This document shows, piece after piece, positions 13,201-23,952 of a DNA stretch of 64,000 bases. The position numbers and the translations under genes were made by a program. Source of the stretch: Euglena gracilis (lineage: Eukaryota); NCBI GenBank assembly GCA_039621445.1, contig CP154954.1, positions 28,638,417 through 28,702,416 on the forward strand. The letters run 5' to 3'. A model generated the notes under the pieces. That model was not told the origin of the DNA. It worked only from the letters and a program-made list of their open reading frames with translations, and did not search any database. Every line of letters begins with the position of its first letter. Within the stretch, counting starts at the first letter, position 1.

Positions 13201-16200
13201 GCCCCAATTGGTCAAACGTGCGGCTTGGGGCAATGCTGTGCAAAATATGTCTAAAATTCTAAAATACACTCTGCAAAGCACTGGAGGAAAAAAATATAAA
13301 AAATAATAACCTCTTGGGCATCTACCCCTCCCCGGGAAACTGTCAGCAAATACGGAGGTGAGTAACAGTTTCCCGGGGGGGGGGGTCAGAGGTAAAAAAG
13401 GAGAATTTTTAAATCCCCGGGGGGGGGGGGTTGGACAAGCGAAGCTGCGTGCCACACTTCGGTTTTTTTAAAAAAAGAAAAAAGAATTTTTTCAAAAACA
13501 CGACATTTTACACTTTTATTTTTCAAGGTTCAAAAAACATGTTCATTGAAAAGCTGGAAGGTCAACAAAATCGTTGGGGGCCAGTAAATATTTGGACAAT
13601 GTAGACCCCCAGGGTTTCATGCAAAGAGGGTGTGCAAATTTGGTCACTTGCTTGTTTAAAAAATGGATCCACTTCAGACCAGGATCAATTCCAGGTCGCC
13701 ACACTGTGTGGCTGAACCATCCTTGATCGTTGCAATACGACGGGCAGCACCTTCAATGTACTTCAGATCTGCCGCTCGCCCTTTGCCAATCCCATGCAAC
13801 TTGGTGGGTGTGAGCAGGGATCAGGCTTCTTTTTACCAACCCCGGGGGGGGGTGCCTTGTGCTATGGTGCCTGCTGTCCACAGCAGCACCCCCACCCCAG
13901 GGGGGGGGGGGGTTGGTTTCGGCACGTGGTGCCTGCTGACACAGGCAAATTTCCCTTGAAAACGGCCATTTTTAGCACTACCCACCCCAAAACCGGCTCC
14001 CGGGGGGGGGGGGGGGGTTGAAGGTACCCTACCCTCCTGCTGGCCCACAACCCCACAGGGGGTGGTGCAACTTTCCGAAACAAAAAGAAGCCTGGCAGGA
14101 ATCCATCAACTTTCTGCTGCACAAATTTCACCAATGCCCAAGATTGTATGCATGAATATTGATATTGATTTTGTTTTTTTCCGGTTTTTGTGCTTTTTCT
14201 TTTCTCTGGTTCATATGCCATTTTTTTCCATTTTTTGGGGGGATTTGGTAAGCCCACAGTTGTTGGAGGAACATGCAGGGGTGACCACCTCCATGAGCGG
14301 TGTGAAATGAAATTTCAATATTTGTACCAAAGCTACAGTTTAAAATGAAAAAAGTACACCTTAAATTTGAAAACAGTGCATAATAGTGTGTTCGGTGCAT
14401 AATATGCATAATCAGTCCAGAGGTTTCCATGAGGTTGCACCCATGTGTCTCCTCCTCACCCTCTCCTCAAAATGTCGGGGGGGGGGGGGCGGTGCACCTG
14501 GATGGGTGGATGGGGCAAGGCTGGTTATTGGATATCGCTCAATATCGCAAATATCGAAAATATCGCCAAGGGGTGCAATATCTCGCAAAAATATCGCAAT
14601 CCCTCTTTTTTGCCCTTCTACCGAAAATCCCTATTTTGTGCGTTTCCTCTGCGTCTGCGTTTCCTCCCCTCATATTGCACCAAATCACCAAATTCATAGG
14701 GGAAAACAAATAAAGAAATGGCAAGCAGATGTGACACAATTTTCAAATGACTTGGCTGAATTTCCTTAAAAAAAATACACGCGAAAAAAATGTGCTCCAG
14801 AAAAGAGTCGTTGACAGGGGGGGGGGGTGTCAACAACACGCTGTGTCTTGGACAAGGGGAGGAAGGGGGTATGTGATTTCTTGGGTCCCAGGAAATGTAA
14901 TCCTGACTTTTGGTTACCTGAGGCTTGTAGGCAGATGGAGCCTGGTCACCACGGAGGCTCTGTGGAGGCTCCGCGGAGCCTCCTCCAGGTGACCAATTTT
15001 GTGCAAAGCCATCTCGCACAAACAAATCACACCAGATCCCACTGTCCCACACCATAACACACCATATTTTGCAGCTTTCCACCATTTTCTTTACAATTTT
15101 TTTGCAATTTTTTTTTATATTTTGGGGCCTTTATAGAAGCTAACCCTTGACCCTACCGAGAGAGAAAATTGCAATACCACCACCACCCATCGGAGTCTTT
15201 TCACCAAAATGTGGTTGCCCACAGGTTGTCTGTATTCGGCCAGACTGGAAGAAACACTGTTCAGTTGTTCTTTGTTCCATCGTTCTCTTGGGGCAGTTCG
15301 GGGTTTGCCACACACACACACACACCATCATGCACATGCACCTGACAGGGTTTACACAGCGGCATTTACCTGTTGGCAACACCGTCCCAGTGGCATGTAC
15401 ACCACCCCAAACCCCCCTGCTGACTCTCCGTGTGACTTGTGGGGGGGATTCCCAAAAAGCCCACATCACCCTCCACCATCGGGGGGGGGGGGGGGTGGCT
15501 TTAGTCACACTTCTTTCACAATCATTCCAGCATTCTTCTCCCATTAATGCCACTCCCTGAATGTGTTCACAGACATAAACACGATGTCCGCTTCTTGGAG
15601 TTCCTCATCGAAGCTGGTGGTGAAGAAAAGGTTCTTGCCACGCTGCTGCTTTACAATCTCCTCCAGTCCCGGTTCATAGATTGGAAGTTGGTCTGAGTTC
15701 CAGGCATCAATCCGCGCCTGATTGATATCATGGATGGTCACCTTGACATCTGTCACAGGGCTTCCGATGAGAGGAACTGTTACCGCCTGTGCTCTCCCCA
15801 GGGGGAAGATAAAAAGAATAAAATAAATCTGCTGTCCCAGCACATTCAATGAAACCCCAGAGGAAGAATGGGCAAAAAAGAGCCAAATTTTGGCAAAAGC
15901 GGCTCGAATTCGGTAGAAAATGTGATTTCCGGCATCCTTGGACTATCGCCCATCCACCCAAAAGGTCGAAAAATGCATGTTTCGACCTTTTTGTTTTTGA
16001 GGAGGAGCCCACACCGCGGTTATCACCGCGGTTGCACCGCGGTCACACCGCGGTGTAACCGCAAGGTAATGGAGGTCAAAATTCTCTTTCAATTCACACG
16101 ATGATCTTGGTTTGGATTCCACCTGTCAACAATTTGGGATATTTGAGTTCCAAAAACAGGCTAAAAGATGAATTGAACCAATTTACGCGTATCGCGAAGC

Positions 16201-19200
16201 GCCGAAGGAAAACTTTTGGTGTTTCTGGGAACCTGGAAAATGATGTCTTTGGGCCGTTGGTAAAAAAAAAATCCAAAAATAAGATCCCCCAAAAATAAGA
16301 ACCCCTGCAGTTTTTAAGTAACGGACCCAAAAATCCCGGGTCTCATTTGGGTCTCATTTCCCCCCCTCCAACCCCAGCGGCATGAAGCACTGGACTGATA
16401 CTGATACCTTTGCTCTTGTTCTCACTGCGATTACACCGCGGTTACCTGGGCTCCTCCCGACCCGGTTCACGCCCCCCAGTTCTGCCCTTGGCAGACAGAC
16501 TCTTAGGCCTGAGGGCTTCAGGGCCGTCCTGAACAGGAAAAAAAAGAAAAATCTCGTCCCGTATGGACCACCCTGGCTCTCTCCATGCACCCTTGGGGGT
16601 CAGGGCCAAAGATGCTGTTCAAAACAAACACTTCAGACTGAGAAACATGTTTAACCCCCCAAAACCAACAAAAAAGCATGCATGAAACTTTTATTTGGCA
16701 AAACCATTGCCTTGTTGTACCCGCCCCCCCCCCCTTGTCTAACGACCGGGTTCCTACGACCCCCGACCGGGGGGGGGGGCGTACCCCCCCAACCTGCAAC
16801 CCCCGACCGGGGGGTGGTCTTACCACTAGGGGCAAAACAAAACCAAAAGCCAAAAAAGGTGCAATTTCATAACGGTAATATTTCTCCCCATGAGGTAAGG
16901 GACCAATAACCATAGCAGCAACAGAGGTGCTATCACTACGCTCAAACAAAACAGGACTCCCCGGAGGGAACACGAGGAACACTCAATGGACAGGAAACAC
17001 GGGAAAAAAGCTGGTCGACAAGCACATGAGAGGTAAAACATTTTGGTGGTCACCTGCAACCCCGACCGGGGGGTGGTCGTACCCCCCCCCCCCCAACCTG
17101 CAACCCCCGACCGGGGGGTGGTCGGTATGTAGGGGTGGTCGGTGGACAAGGGGACAAGGGGGGGGGGCGGGTACTATATCGAGAACTGTGTCCCAGACGC
17201 CGGTTCGGGCGGGAAACCTGTGCCTGGGACGCCGGTTCGGGCGGTAGCCCGAACGGGCCTCCCAGGCACAGCTTACCCGCCCGAACCGGCGTCTGGGACA
17301 CAGTTCTTGAAACCATGGCTAGGGGCTCCGTTTTCATGCCCGAACCGGCGGCTAGGGAATCACGGCCAATTTCGCCCAAAATACCCATGTTTGGGGCAGT
17401 TTTGGGCGATTTTGGCCCAAATGGGCCGCCGGTCAAAAATGGCAGATTCCACACTTATGAAGCCATGTTACCCATTAATCGAAAGCTCTTCTCAAGGGCT
17501 TTCGACAGATAATCACAGGATTCGGCCACAATGCACGCAGCGCTTATTTTCAGCGATCGTGTATTCCAAAATTTGACATCCTAATTTGTCAAATCCCACA
17601 GTTCAGGTTGCAAATTGCATATCAAACGAAAGGTCTCGCCAACACCTTTCGCTTGGTACCCACAGAACTCAGCCAGATTGCAAAGCGACCTCAAAATCAG
17701 CGATCGCATTTTTCCGCATTTTTCGGACCCCATTTGCATATCTGAAATTGCACTTTTCAGCTGCCATGTTACCCATCGATCGAAAGCTCTTCTCAAGGGC
17801 TTTCAGCAGATGGCCTTAGATTTCAGCCATGCTGTGTGGTATTCTATTTCAGAAATTCTCCAAAATTGGCCAAAAGGAAACTTTTCCTCAAAAACCCCCA
17901 ATTTTTGGCCCAAGACCACCCAAAAGCTGCGCAAATGTGATTACCACATGTCTACAAACCCTTTTGGACACTTTTTGGCACTTTTATTTTGGGTCCCCCA
18001 GACGCCGGTTTCCCGCCCGAACCGGCGTCTGGGACGCCGGTTCGGCGCAGAAATTTCCCGCCCGAACCGGCGCCCCAGACGCCGGTTCGGGCATGAAAAC
18101 GGAGCCCCCAGAGACGGTTTCAAAAACAGGTTGTTTTATTCTTGACATCCTTAATCAGAATTATACCGTTGCTCAGCAACACCCCCCGGGGGGGGGATCT
18201 GGAAAACCAATCACCCAACTCCCCAACCCCTCCAGGGTCGGTCTCAGGCTTCTTTTTAAGACCCCCGGGGGGGTCCCCCCCCACCCACCCAGGGTGGCGC
18301 GGGACCCCCCCGGGGGGGGGGGGGGGCGGGGACCCCCCCCCCAAAATCGGGCCCGTTAAAGGCAATTTCCAAAAATTTTCGGCGCTTTGCGCCGAAAAGG
18401 TATACCCAGCGCCTCCGGCGCGGGACCCCCCCCCCCAGGGGGGGTCCGGCCCGGACCCACCCACCCACCCCTCCCCCCGGGGGGGGGGGGGTCTGCTGAC
18501 TTAAAAAGAAGCCTGGTCGGTCTCTGGCCACTGGGACCAAAATGACTCAAAAATCAACACTTCCACTCTGGAAATAATGGTTCAGTCCAGGGGTTTCCTT
18601 AAAGACCCTGGGGGGGTTACCGCTAGGGAAAAAAAAGGTGCTGGCTGGAAAAGGGGTCTACCGGCAGCTGAACCGGGCTGGCACCTCGAAAACAGGCAAG
18701 AAAGCCCGAATCCAGCCCGAATCTCCGTTGACAAGTGCCTCTTTTTGAAGCCTGAAAATTTTTTGAGGGCTGCAGCCGGCTGTTCAGAAACGGGATAAAT
18801 TGGCCCCTACACGGTACCAGGTACCCCAAAGAGCCGCCCAACTGGGGTTAATGCACATGGGGGGACCCTCGCTTGGCGCCTCACTCAGGTCCCCCCATGT
18901 TTTTAACCCTAGTTGGGCGGCTCTTTGGGATTGCTGGGAACCTTGTAGAGACCAATCTAATAACGTTGGAGGCTAGGCGCGCCGCTCGGGGGGGTCCGGG
19001 CCCCCCCCCCTCCCCCCCCCCGCGCGGCCCCTGCGCGGCCGCCCGCGCGGCCGCTCGCCCCCCCCTGGACCCCCCCCCTCCCCCCCTGTGCCTAGCATAG
19101 CCAAGAAAAAAATTTTTGGTGAAAAAATCGTGATTTTTGAGGCCCAAAAATGACCAAAAATGACCATTTTTGGACACAAAATGGCTAATTTGAGGGCCGC

Positions 19201-20494
19201 ACGCTCTGCGCGCTGCCAAAAAAGCACTGTTTTGCTCAAAAATGGCCCAAAAAGGGCAAAAAATGACCACTTTTTGGACCCGAAAATCACAAACCGATTT
19301 TAGGATGCGTTCCGCCCGCGCGGGCCGCGCCTCGGACCCCCCTCCGGCCCACCGATTTTAGGATGCGTTCCGCCCGGCGCGGCGCGCTCGCGGACCCCCT
19401 CAGGCCCCCCCCCCCCCCCGGGCCTCACCCGCGCGGCGACACGCGCGGCCGCTCAGCCCCCCCCTCAGACACCCCCCCCCCGCTGTGCCTAGCCTCCGTT
19501 GAGCAGGAAATGTTCTGCTGTTTGCATAAGAATCATAACCCTAACCCAACTCATATAACCCTTCAAATAACGTCAGAAATTCTTTTTGGCCACGGGTTAA
19601 CGCCACCAGGAATTGTTTTGCAATGCCCCCTAGCTTATGGGTACCCTCACCCCCCCCCCCTATTTGGCTAATGGCCGGGCTCCTTCGGACCCCCAATTAG
19701 CCAATTTGGGAGGGGGGGACAATTGGGGGGGGGGGGGGGTAACCCCGGCCAATGGGCAATAAGCCCGACCCCCCCCCAATTGGCTAATGGACCGTCCAAC
19801 GGGACCCTCAATTAGGGGGGGGGGTGAGGGTATATGCAAAAATGGCCTTTTTATCCTTTTTATGTTCCGGGGTTTGGCCAAGGGTTTGGATGCTTTTGAA
19901 AAGGAAAACCATTGAGGTCGTTTCTACCGACCATATGTTCGGCCCGACCTCCAAATGGTCAGGCCGACCATATGGTCGGCAACTGCAACAGGTCGGGCCG
20001 ACCAGTCCTTTGAAAAGGGGGGGGGGTAATGCGGTACAGTGGCCATTTCTGTCGACCTCCAGAGGTCGATAACAGCATGGTTGGGCCTTGGGCCGTGCCG
20101 ACCTAGGTCGGCCCAACCTCCAGAGCAAGCATGGCCAACATCCGCCCGGGGCCCGAATCCAGTGGGTTGGAATTTTTCCGCCAAAATTTGGAACTGAAAG
20201 CTTAAAACCGAAATCCCTCAAATTGCCATGCCATTCTCACTCTTTTTTCAAAAAAATATTCAATCCAGCTTCGGCAGGCCATCCGGGGTGGCTGAACTTG
20301 CAGTGGTCCCATCTCGAGACCAAAACCAGGGGTTTCTTCAGCTGGAGGGGACCCAACCCCCAAGTCACGGTCTCCTCCTGTCTTTGCTGGAATGTGAAAC
20401 CCTGTCAGGGACATTTGAAAGCGATGACTGCCATCGTTGGACCACCAACGTACCCAGCGCCAATGCACAAAATCTTCACTTTGAAGTCAGCCAT
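4147..20494 (-). CDS. UGDH: UDP-glucose 6-dehydrogenase, 13 exons, 1428 nt spliced CDS, 475 aa
   Basis: Hand-joined exons give one uninterrupted frame [20 protein letters not shown]...[11 protein letters not shown]. Family motifs occur in order: GAGYVGG (Rossmann), [62 protein letters not shown] (catalytic Cys), [23 protein letters not shown]. Confidence 0.97.
4280..4972. mobile_element. MITE family B copy in UGDH intron 12, carrying a nested element
   Basis: CAGGGTTTGATATA ... TATATTGAACCTTG; poly-C flanks. Confidence 0.75.
4594..4896. mobile_element. MITE family C (TIR CATACCATT.CTT / AAGCAATGGCATG), hAT-like
   Basis: Perfect 8-bp TSD GTCCGACC at 4586-4593 and 4897-4904. Confidence 0.88.
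5354..5455 (-). CDS. UGDH: UGDH exon 12 ([34 protein letters not shown])
   Basis: TEWDEF and PAFxFDGR motifs. Confidence 0.95.
5738..5886 (-). CDS. UGDH: UGDH exon 11 (DPKVTEEQM...AHAIVVL)
   Basis: Completes YDP and AHAIVVLTEW across the junctions. Confidence 0.93.
7808..7997 (-). CDS. UGDH: UGDH exon 10 ([10 protein letters not shown]...[15 protein letters not shown]...VHCY)
   Basis: UDP-binding domain motif. Confidence 0.96.
8639..8760 (-). CDS. UGDH: UGDH exon 9 ([23 protein letters not shown]...YWYSVV)
   Basis: Catalytic GGSCFQKD. Confidence 0.96.
9099..9276 (-). CDS. UGDH: UGDH exon 8 ([32 protein letters not shown]...DSRIGP)
   Basis: Central helical domain motifs. Confidence 0.96.
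10371..10445 (-). CDS. UGDH: UGDH exon 7 ([25 protein letters not shown])
   Basis: Phases match both neighbours; YxxWVP motif. Confidence 0.92.
10933..10988 (-). CDS. UGDH: UGDH exon 6 ([19 protein letters not shown])
   Basis: EFLAEG and PDRV motifs. Confidence 0.93.
11155..11190 (-). CDS. UGDH: UGDH exon 5, 36-nt micro-exon ([12 protein letters not shown])
   Basis: Supplies the LSNP that precedes EFLAEG; acceptor ccCTGgtgct|. Confidence 0.9.
11633..11720 (+). repeat. Short tandem repeat of GTGTGTCCTATGTGGGTC-type units (4 copies)
   Basis: Seen directly in UGDH intron 4. Confidence 0.85.
11950..12046 (-). CDS. UGDH: UGDH exon 4 ([32 protein letters not shown])
   Basis: EKSTVP motif. Confidence 0.93.
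13729..13809 (-). CDS. UGDH: UGDH exon 3 ([27 protein letters not shown])
   Basis: Conserved peptide, not shown in the ORF track; 3' boundary uncertain by 1-2 nt. Confidence 0.93.
15563..15750 (-). CDS. UGDH: UGDH exon 2 ([29 protein letters not shown]...IVFMSVNT)
   Basis: Conserved UGDH peptide; flanks ccCTGtgaca| and |attCAGgga. Confidence 0.95.
20408..20494 (-). CDS. UGDH: UGDH exon 1 ([29 protein letters not shown])
   Basis: ATG at 20494; NAD-binding motif; followed by intron start tgaCAGgg. Confidence 0.95.
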
Positions 20495-20520
20495 TTTGTG
20501 CCCTGAAAAACAAAATTATT
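20495..20520 (-). promoter_or_regulatory. Probable spliced-leader trans-splice acceptor of UGDH
   Basis: Minus strand reads aataattttgtttttcAG|ggcacaaaATG: a pyrimidine tract plus AG (20504-20503) 8 nt before the start codon. Euglenozoan mRNAs are SL trans-spliced. A 5'-UTR cis-intron acceptor cannot be excluded. Confidence 0.65.
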
Positions 20521-20902
20521 GTGAGAGTCCTGCCATTCTACGCCAAACAAAGAAATAACTGTTTAAAATACCACTTGGAGGAGCCCAGATACCTGTAACT
20601 GCGGTGAAACACGATGAGAACCAGAATGAGGGAATTGTCCCAGGGGGTGAGGGTAATATGAGGCGGTTTCAATTTTGGGGCGAAGCTGTGAAGAATTTTT
20701 TTTTGAAATACCCTAATGCGTCCCGACTTTGGGCGACCTGGAGCCTTAAAAAGGAACCTGGGGGTACTTTCAATTACAATGTTGTAGGGAAGGTCCATCA
20801 ATTTGGGAGGGGGTGTTGGCCAACCATACATGGGGGCCAACCATGCAAAAATGACGGTACTTGTCTGTTATCGCACGACATCCCCCCCCCCTTTCGGTTA
20901 TC

Positions 20903-21120
20903 GCACGACACCCTTTTTTTGGGTTATTTAGGGTTATTTAAAGGAATAGGGTTAGGTGCGCACATGCCACGTTGCGCTACATGGCCACGTTGCGCTACAT
21001 GGCCATGTGGCGCAACGTGGCCATGTAGCGCAACGTGGCCATGTAGCGCAACATGGCATGTGCGCACCTAACCCTACTCCTTCAAATAACCCTATAAAAC
21101 CTAAAAATAAGGCGTCGTGC
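20903..21120. repeat. Fold-back palindromic element
   Basis: Arms TAGGGTTAGGTGCGCACATG...CATGTGCGCACCTAACCCTA with an internal 19-nt unit repeated in both orientations. Confidence 0.85.
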
Positions 21121-21132
21121 CTTATTTTTATA

Positions 21133-21458
21133 CCGTGCCCCCCCCCCCCCCGAGCTATTCACGTCCCCGGGACCCTTTACGGCCCAATGGGGAAAGTACG
21201 GGGGAGGAAACAGCTCGGGGGGGGGGATAGGTCCCCCCCCCCGATCTATTTCCATACCCGACCCTCGGGCAACCCAAAAGGGGTCATTTTTGGCAACTTT
21301 TTGGGATGTTTGCAAAAAATGGTCAATTTTGTGCACATTTGCCAAAAGGTGATTTTTGAAAATGGTCCAAAACGTCGATTTTTGACCACTTTCTTGGAAG
21401 TTCTTTATAAAAAGTGCTATGACAGTGAGGTATTCCCGTACCCCCAATGGGAATAGCT

Positions 21459-21492
<34 letters not shown>

Positions 21493-21494
21493 GG
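21133..21494. mobile_element. TA-flanked MITE (Tc1/mariner-pogo-like)
   Basis: TA|CCGTGCCC...GGGCACGG|TA; inverted homolog at 29775-30132. Confidence 0.75.
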
Positions 21495-22804
21495 TATTAA
21501 CCGAAAGGGGGGGGGTATGTCGTGCGATAACACAAAAGTACCAAAATGCCATTTGACCATGTGGTGGTTCAGGAAGCGGGGGGGGGGGGCACACGTTTTC
21601 TTTGACATCATTCAAATTTGTCTGTATTTTTTTGGCCAACGAAAAATGTGCCTCGTCAAAACATGGGCTGCCAGGTTTTGCATATCACTTGGGCCAGCCA
21701 CCAGTACCACACCTCTACCCCCCCCCCCCGGTCCAGCCAGCACCTTTTCCATTTTCCAAGCTCCCAAGCGCCCCCCGATGTCGTTGCTTGCACGAGCCAA
21801 AATGCCCCCTCCTAATTGGCTAGGTGGGTCCAAAGGGGAGCCCGGCCATCAGCCAAATGGGGGGGGTGGTGAGGGCAAGGAAAAAGGGGGGGTCCAGTGG
21901 GGGGTCGGCACGCCGTGGCGAGCCGTCCGGCTAGGGGGGGGGGTTTGGCGTGGCGAGGGGGTCCCGGATGGGGGGGGGAGGGGTGCGCGGGGGTTTTCCA
22001 AGAAAATTTTCTTTGGCGCGGCTGACATGGCGTGGCGAGGGGGTCTGAAAAGGGGGGGGGGGGTAAATGGCGTGGCGAGGGGGTCGGTGAGGGGGGGGGG
22101 GGGGGGGTGGGCCGACCCCCCAGGGGTGAGGCGGCCTCGAATATTCCATTGCGGACCTTCGAACGAACACACGGAAAATTCGGGGGGGGGCCTTCAAACA
22201 AAGATCACTACACCTAGCGTCTGAAATGTTTGCCCACGACCTGTCAAAATTTTGCCCAGCGCCCTCAAAAAATTGCCCAAAAGCCTCAAAATTTTTTGCA
22301 CTGCATCCCAAAAATGTTTGCACTTGTTTCGGAAAAAATTGCCCTCCGTCACTTTATGGAAAAAGATCCATTTCGATTGGAGTTTCAAAGGGCAACTGTG
22401 CAAAACATCCGATCCGAGCGCAAAAATTTTCGGGATTCAGTGCAAACATTTTTGAGATAAAGTGCAGACAAATTGTTGGCATGTGCAAACATTCTTGAGA
22501 TAAAATGCAAAAAAAATGACCGAAAGAACAAAATTAGAGGTGTGAAGTGTTAAAAACTCAGGTGTTAGGTGTAACATAAAATTTTTCAAGGTCAGGTTGC
22601 AAACAAAGGCACTAGACACAAAAGATGGTACACTCATTCCCTGGGCCAGAGGATTCTCTTTGTTTTGGCCTGTTGCCCAAGAGGTGATTGACCAACAAGG
22701 GCGGTCAGTAATTCTTCCTTCCCTCCAAACCCTCGTGGACTTTTTTTTTGAAAAAAAGATTGTTATAAATTCAAAAAAAAACACAAAAAGCAACCTCAAA
22801 AAAT

Positions 22805-23952
22805 CAGGGTTTCCCACTGATTCGTACTTGGGGACTCCCTTGCCCATTCGTACTTATTCGTGCTTATTCGTACTTATTTGTACTTATTCGCACTTATTCG
22901 TACTTCAAAAAAGGGCCATGTATATTCCTTGGGCACATCTTCAACGTTCTGAAACCGGGAAAAACAAGGAAAACAAGTCATTCACTTGAGAAACTATCTA
23001 AGTGAAAAAAAATCGCGCTGTGAGAAAAAAATACAAAACATTACAGGAAAAACACATTCCTTCTTTGCGACTGATGTTGTCCAGCATGCCATGCACGAAC
23101 AAATACTCAAAATGAAACGAGCGGATTGATTAACGGTGTGCAAAGCGTTCTTCGCAGTCACCATTGCAAAACATGCCAACAGCTGCTTGCCGAAGGTTAG
23201 ATGACATGTGTTGGCGGTTTTGACATCAATCAGTCCTGCCAAACTGAAAGACCATTCAGACCAGGGCAATTCAATTTTGTGAGCCACACTTTCTTCCCGC
23301 TCAAAGATTTCCTTATGCTCGCAATGTGTGTGGTATACACTCTGACCACTGACCGGTGCAAACTATTCCCCTCTTTCACACTGCCATGTACAGATGTGTA
23401 CTTTCGGATGAGTCCCCTGACGGATGGATGGTCTAACTTGTTGATGGGCAAACCTAAAAATCATTTTCTGAGGGAAAAGAGGACATGAGGCGTCCTGCAG
23501 CGTAAGATATGCTGCAGCGTAAGATGTGCATCACATACAGAGAAGTGTGAGGGGACCTTCAACTCAGTGCAATGGTGTAAAAAAATGTACCCCCCCCCCC
23601 CTTTATTTGAGCACACCCACGGGCCAACGGACCCCCCAAATGCTCAAATAAGGGGGGGGTCAAATAAGGGGGGGTCAAAAATTCCTTTAGAAATAGGGCA
23701 AAAAAAAATTTTCGGCGCCTTCGGCGCATGAAAAATTTTTTTTCCCGGACCCAAATGCTCAATTAAGGGGGGGGGGGTCAAATAAAGGGGGGGGGGGTAC
23801 CTTTTTCTACTTGGCAATTCGTACTTATTCGTAACTGGGGAATTCTTCATTCGCACTTATTCGTACTAATTCGTATTTTGGCAGACCTCGGCAATTCGTA
23901 CTTATTTGTACGTATTCGTACTTATTCGTGTACGAATCAGTGGGAAACCCTG
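22805..23952. mobile_element. 1.15-kb TIR element with CAG/CTG ends
   Basis: Perfect 23-bp TIR CAGGGTTTCCCACTGATTCGTAC; AAAAAAT on both flanks; subterminal TTATTCGTAC repeats. Confidence 0.85.

Noticed and set aside
23000-23500. Possible transposase remnant inside the 22805-23952 element
   Set aside because: Only short frames with no identifiable hAT motifs by eye; needs a profile search.
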